Shown piece by piece: positions 60,089-64,000 of a stretch of DNA of 64,000 nucleotides. The stretch's first letter is position 1, and every line of letters begins with the position of its first letter. The notes under the pieces are model-generated. The model saw nothing but the letters and a program-made list of their open reading frames with translations. It was not told the origin of the DNA and did not search any database. Source of the DNA: a virus; the IMG/VR virus record IMGVR_UViG_3300006753_004675, positions 5,887 to 69,886 of that record; one strand, given 5' to 3'. The translations under genes and the position numbers were made by a program.

Positions 60089-61707
60089 TGTTTAGATATA
60101 ATTCACTTTTTCCGCACGTAGAGATTAGAGAGAGTCAATCAGAAGCAATAGACTTTGCGCTTGATGCTCTTATAAATAAGAAAAAGAAATACGTTATAGT
60201 TGAGGCAGGAACGGGTGTTGGAAAAAGTGCAATAGCTGTGACTGTTTCTAGATATATGAATAATCTGAGATCAGAGCCTGATGATTACAGTCCGGGTTCA
60301 TACTTTGTAACGACACAAAAGCTTCTTCAGGAGCAGTATGTAAAAGATTTTGGTAATACAAGAGGCTGTATGAAATCAATCAAGTCTTCTTCTAACTATA
60401 GATGCTCGTATCATAGAGGAAATACATGTAAGATATCACAGCAGCTTCTTAGAAATGCAGATAGATCATCTAAGTTTTTTAAACGGTGCACATTTAATTG
60501 CTCCTATAAGAACGATAAGAAAGATTTTTTAGAATCTTCGGAGTCTGTGACAAACTTTCCTTATCTTTTAACTGAAGCAACTTATTCTAAAAAAATAACA
60601 CCCAGAGACCTACTGATAATTGATGAAGCTCATAATATTGAGGCAGAACTTAGTAAGTTTATAGAGGTGACGATATCAGAAAGATTTGTCAAACATGCAC
60701 TCAAACTTCACTGGACAGATGTAAATACTCAGTTCAAGGCTATGAAATGGATTCAAGAGGTGTATTACCCAAAAGTAAAGTCTCAGCTAAAGCATGTTGA
60801 AAAATCTCTTGAAAAGATGGGAATGGTAGATAGACTTAAGGAATTTGAATCTTTGTCTAAGCAACATGACCTTTTAAGATCTCACGTAAAAAAGGTGGGA
60901 ACGTTTCTCTCTGTGTACGACAAAGATAATTGGGTGTTTGATCTTATTCCTGGGTATGGGAGATCTATGAGAAAGTTTACATTTAAACCTATTGATATTT
61001 CTCCGTTTGCTGATGAATACCTCTTTAGGCTTGGAAAACAGGTAATAATGATGTCTGCAACAATTCTAGATATGGGAACTTTTTGTGAGTCTTTGGGAAT
61101 AAGAGAAGAAGATGTAGAGGCTATCTCTCTTCCTTCTCCGTTTCCTGTTGAAAATCACCCGGTCCTTATTTCTCCAATTGGATCGATGAGTGCAAAAATG
61201 ATAGATCAGACACTTCCGAGGATGTCTGCGGCAATATCAGAGATACTGGATCAACACAAAGATGAGAAAGGCATCATACATTGTCACACGTATAAGATAG
61301 CAAAATTTTTAAAGAATAATATTAAAAACAGCAGGTTACTGATTCACAATACAGAAAATAGAGAAAAGATATTAAAGAGACATCTAAACACAAAGGAGCC
61401 GACGGTGTTATTATCACCATCCATGTCAGAGGGTGTTGATCTAAAGGATGATCTTTCAAGATTTCAAGTTCTTGTAAAGATACCATATCCTTACCTTGGA
61501 GACCCGCTTGTTAAAAAGAGAATGAATAAATGGGAAGGGTGGTATTCATTACAGACTGCTAAGAAAATAGTTCAGGCAATTGGTAGAAGTGTTAGATCTT
61601 ATGATGATAACGCAACATCATATGTTCTTGATTCAGATTGGAATAGATTTTATGGAAGAAATCGAAAGATATTTCCAGACACGTTTAAAAAGAGTTTAAT
61701 GAGCTAA
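60085..61707 (+). CDS. DinG/XPD-family SF2 DNA helicase
   Basis: EAGTGVGKS, Cys cluster, DEAH, MSAT, EGVD, K.PYP, QAIGR.VR..DD. Confidence 0.9.
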   Translation: MMFRYNSLFPHVEIRESQSEAIDFALDALINKKKKYVIVEAGTGVGKSAIAVTVSRYMNNLRSEPDDYSPGSYFVTTQKLLQEQYVKDFGNTRGCMKSIKSSSNYRCSYHRGNTCKISQQLLRNADRSSKFFKRCTFNCSYKNDKKDFLESSESVTNFPYLLTEATYSKKITPRDLLIIDEAHNIEAELSKFIEVTISERFVKHALKLHWTDVNTQFKAMKWIQEVYYPKVKSQLKHVEKSLEKMGMVDRLKEFESLSKQHDLLRSHVKKVGTFLSVYDKDNWVFDLIPGYGRSMRKFTFKPIDISPFADEYLFRLGKQVIMMSATILDMGTFCESLGIREEDVEAISLPSPFPVENHPVLISPIGSMSAKMIDQTLPRMSAAISEILDQHKDEKGIIHCHTYKIAKFLKNNIKNSRLLIHNTENREKILKRHLNTKEPTVLLSPSMSEGVDLKDDLSRFQVLVKIPYPYLGDPLVKKRMNKWEGWYSLQTAKKIVQAIGRSVRSYDDNATSYVLDSDWNRFYGRNRKIFPDTFKKSLMS

Positions 61708-61731
61708 CTTTTATAATAGCTTAATTTTATG

Positions 61732-61759
61732 TGCAAATTATTGTTATGTGTGTTACAAT
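61732..61759 (+). promoter_or_regulatory. TGCAAA-N16-TACAAT putative promoter of tilS-guaB
   Basis: Variant of the repeated motif. Confidence 0.5.
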
Positions 61760-61783
61760 AAAGTATGTGGTGGCATTTCTTCT

Positions 61784-62389
61784 ATGATTAGGATTTTGGG
61801 AAAAATTCCAAAGAAAGTTACACTAGCATGTAGCGGTGGGCTAGACTCTATGGCAGCGCTTGATTTCTTGATAAAAGGAAGAAAGGAAGTTAGTGTGGCT
61901 TATTTTAATCATGGAACTGATCATGGAGACATCGCAGAAAAATTTGTTCAAGGATACTGTAAAGATAATAGTATTCCGTTTACAGCCGGGCTTATTTCTA
62001 GAGAGAGAAGTATTGATGAATCTCCTGAGGAACACTGGAGAAATGAGAGATACTCATTTTTTAATTCACTAGATGGAAAGATTGTGACTGCACATCACCT
62101 AGACGATGTTGTAGAATGGTGGGTATTTACCTCTCTTCACGGAGATCCGAGGCTAATGCCATCAAGCAATGGAAAAATCATTAGGCCGTTTTTATCCACA
62201 AGAAAGTCAGACTTGCTAGACTGGGTTAGTAGAAAATTTGTTCCATTTGTATCTGATCCATCTAATGATGAAGTAAGATATTCAAGAAATAGGATTAGGC
62301 ATAATATTATTCCAGAAATGATTGAGATTAATCCTGGATTAAGCAAGGTGATTAGAAAGAAAATTGAATCTAGAGAGGCTATCACATAA
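61784..62389 (+). CDS. tilS: tRNA(Ile)-lysidine synthetase (short form, catalytic domain)
   Basis: SGGLDS, NHG, E..R..RY, TAHHLDD..E, RP.L, DPSN, RNRIR. Confidence 0.88.
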   Translation: MIRILGKIPKKVTLACSGGLDSMAALDFLIKGRKEVSVAYFNHGTDHGDIAEKFVQGYCKDNSIPFTAGLISRERSIDESPEEHWRNERYSFFNSLDGKIVTAHHLDDVVEWWVFTSLHGDPRLMPSSNGKIIRPFLSTRKSDLLDWVSRKFVPFVSDPSNDEVRYSRNRIRHNIIPEMIEINPGLSKVIRKKIESREAIT

Positions 62390-63402
62390 TGAAAAATACA
62401 GTATGTTTTGATGATGTACTTCTTGTTCCAGGGTTTAGTGATATTACATCAAGAAAAGATATTGATCTATCTATGGAGCTAGAAAGTGAGATGGTTTTTG
62501 AACTTCCACTAATATCCTCTCCAATGGACACAGTTACTGAACTAGACATGTGTGTTGCTATGAACAGCGCTGGCGGGTTAGGAGTGGTTCACAGGTATAA
62601 TTCTATAGAGGACCAGTCAAACATTGTTCGCTCTTCGTCAGAGATCGGATTCTTCACCGCCGCCGCTGTGGGAGTTACTGGGGATTATATAGATCGGGCG
62701 ACTGCACTTTATGATGCTGGTGCTCGCATACTGTGTGTGGATATTGCTCATGGTCATCATATTCTTATGAAGAAGGCACTGATTTCTTTACGTGAAATTT
62801 TTGGCGATGTTGTTCATATCATGGCAGGAAATGTTGCTACACTTGAAGGGTTTAATGCTCTATCAGACTGGGGCGCAGACAGTGTTAGAGTAGGAATTGG
62901 GGGCGGATCTATTTGTTCAACAAGAATTCAAACAGGACACGGTGTTCCAACTCTTCAGTCTATTATTGACTGCTCTTATTCGGATAGAGAAGCTACACTT
63001 ATTGCTGATGGTGGAATTAAAACAAGCGGTGATATTGTTAAGGCGCTGGCCGCCGGAGCAGACTTTGTAATGCTTGGGTCACTACTAGCAGGAACGTTCG
63101 AAGCACCAGGAGAGATAATCTATCTTAATGGTCACGCAGAAAAGGTGTATCGTGGAATGGCAAGCAAAAATGCTCAGATAGATTGGAGAGGTCACACATC
63201 ATCTGTAGAGGGAGTTTCATCAACAGTTCCAGTTAAGGGTGCTGTTTCAGATGTAATTAAGACTCTAGAGGTGGGCATTAGAAGCGGTCTATCATATTCA
63301 GGAGCATATTGTATTTCTGATCTGCAAGCAAAATCAAATTTTATTATCCAGTCATCAGCAGGAGCACTAGAAAGCTCAACTCATATTGATAGGCTATATT
63401 AG
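62389..63402 (+). CDS. guaB: IMP dehydrogenase / GMP reductase (no CBS domain)
   Basis: [47 protein letters not shown]. Confidence 0.88.
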   Translation: MKNTVCFDDVLLVPGFSDITSRKDIDLSMELESEMVFELPLISSPMDTVTELDMCVAMNSAGGLGVVHRYNSIEDQSNIVRSSSEIGFFTAAAVGVTGDYIDRATALYDAGARILCVDIAHGHHILMKKALISLREIFGDVVHIMAGNVATLEGFNALSDWGADSVRVGIGGGSICSTRIQTGHGVPTLQSIIDCSYSDREATLIADGGIKTSGDIVKALAAGADFVMLGSLLAGTFEAPGEIIYLNGHAEKVYRGMASKNAQIDWRGHTSSVEGVSSTVPVKGAVSDVIKTLEVGIRSGLSYSGAYCISDLQAKSNFIIQSSAGALESSTHIDRLY

Positions 63403-63413
63403 TTATGCTGGCA

Positions 63414-63441
63414 TGTAAAGCAATGGGGGTAATGGTATAAT
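63414..63441 (+). promoter_or_regulatory. TGTAAA-N16-TATAAT putative promoter of tRNA(CAU)
   Basis: Motif with extended TG, ends 9 nt before the tRNA. Confidence 0.65.
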
Positions 63442-63450
63442 AAACTATAT

Positions 63451-63528
63451 AGGGCTATAGCTCAATCAGGTTAGAGCGTCGGTCTCATAAACCGCAGGTT
63501 CCCGGTTCGAGTCCGGGTAGCCCTACCA
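63451..63528 (+). tRNA. tRNA with CAU anticodon, probably tRNA-Ile2 (elongator Met not excluded)
   Basis: AGGGCTA/TAGCCCT acceptor (paired 1-72, so not fMet), CT CAT AA loop, GGTTCGAGTCC, ACCA; tilS 1 kb upstream. Confidence 0.9.
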
Positions 63529-63603
63529 TTTTTAAATGAGTATTTTTAGTCCACCAAGGTCAATTCCAGAAAGAACTTTCAGAACACGGATAAGGAGAAT
63601 AAG

Positions 63604-64000
63604 ATGAATGAAGAGCTAGATAAGAAGCTCGTTAAGGCATTTCCCCTCCTCTATGGAGACAGGAACGCACCGATGCAATCAACACTCATGTGCTGGGGAT
63701 TCCCCCGTGATGGTTGGTTTGATATCATCTGGGATCTGTCCTCAAAACTTGAACCTCTCATTCAGAAGTTTATTGACGACAATCCTAATATGTCTTGCTA
63801 CGGATGTGGTTGTGCCAAGGAGCGTCATTACGGATGGAAGAGTCGGAATCCTGGTAAGTGTCTAGCGATACACGTCAACCCCGAATCAAAAGAAGAGCCT
63901 CCCAATAACTACTTTGCCTGTTTTTGTGATGGGTACAGATCATCCCACCCAAAGGCATCTCAGGTAAAGGAAAAGTACGGTGGACTCAGGTTTTATATGA
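63604..64000 (+). CDS. Conserved phage hypothetical protein, 3'-truncated by window edge
   Basis: AAGGAG RBS; MNEELDKKL..CWGF..DGW..QVKEKYGGLRFY motif; frame open to the end. Confidence 0.7.
   Translation, partial: MNEELDKKLVKAFPLLYGDRNAPMQSTLMCWGFPRDGWFDIIWDLSSKLEPLIQKFIDDNPNMSCYGCGCAKERHYGWKSRNPGKCLAIHVNPESKEEPPNNYFACFCDGYRSSHPKASQVKEKYGGLRFYM

Noticed and set aside
63451-63528. Initiator tRNA-fMet
   Set aside because: Positions 1-72 are paired (A-U) and the three consecutive G-C pairs of the anticodon stem are absent
63653-63865. Track ORF of 70 aa
   Set aside because: Out of frame with the RBS-led ORF from 63604, which carries the conserved QVKEKYGGLRFY motif

Overview
This window is a gene-dense, AT-rich segment, almost entirely on the + strand, best read as part of a very large (jumbo/huge) tailed bacteriophage genome rather than a cellular chromosome. 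It mixes phage-type nucleotide metabolism and replication genes (class II RNR, DnaE, ThyX-like, TK, dCMP deaminase, all-alpha NTP pyrophosphatases, DinG-like helicase), an endolysin, a holin/spanin-like trio, many orphan ORFs and four tRNAs. It also carries isolated host-type genes: a full glyoxylate shunt aceB-aceA, GS-II, SOD, GroEL, DnaK, TilS, IMPDH, QueF-like and TrmH-like. The most striking signals are: (1) a recurring amphipathic L/I-R-x-x-I-R-x-x-L-x-E peptide on about 16 unrelated proteins, often with an upstream ATATTTA(T/A) box, which also punctuates a 3-domain ligase/nucleotidyltransferase/nuclease polyprotein and suggests virion-packaged, protease-matured enzyme cargo; (2) an RpoD-like sigma lacking region 4.2 followed immediately by a stand-alone HTH gene, plus a repeated TGTAAA-N16-TAnnnT promoter (candidate split sigma system); (3) a candidate cytosine-modification pathway (kinase/dCMP-hydroxymethylase-like fusion, variant ThyX, NTP-PPases) accompanied by a eukaryote-type MBD4 glycosylase; (4) a deletion scar fusing the iscU start to the iscA end. 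All calls come from motif recognition by eye, with no database searches.
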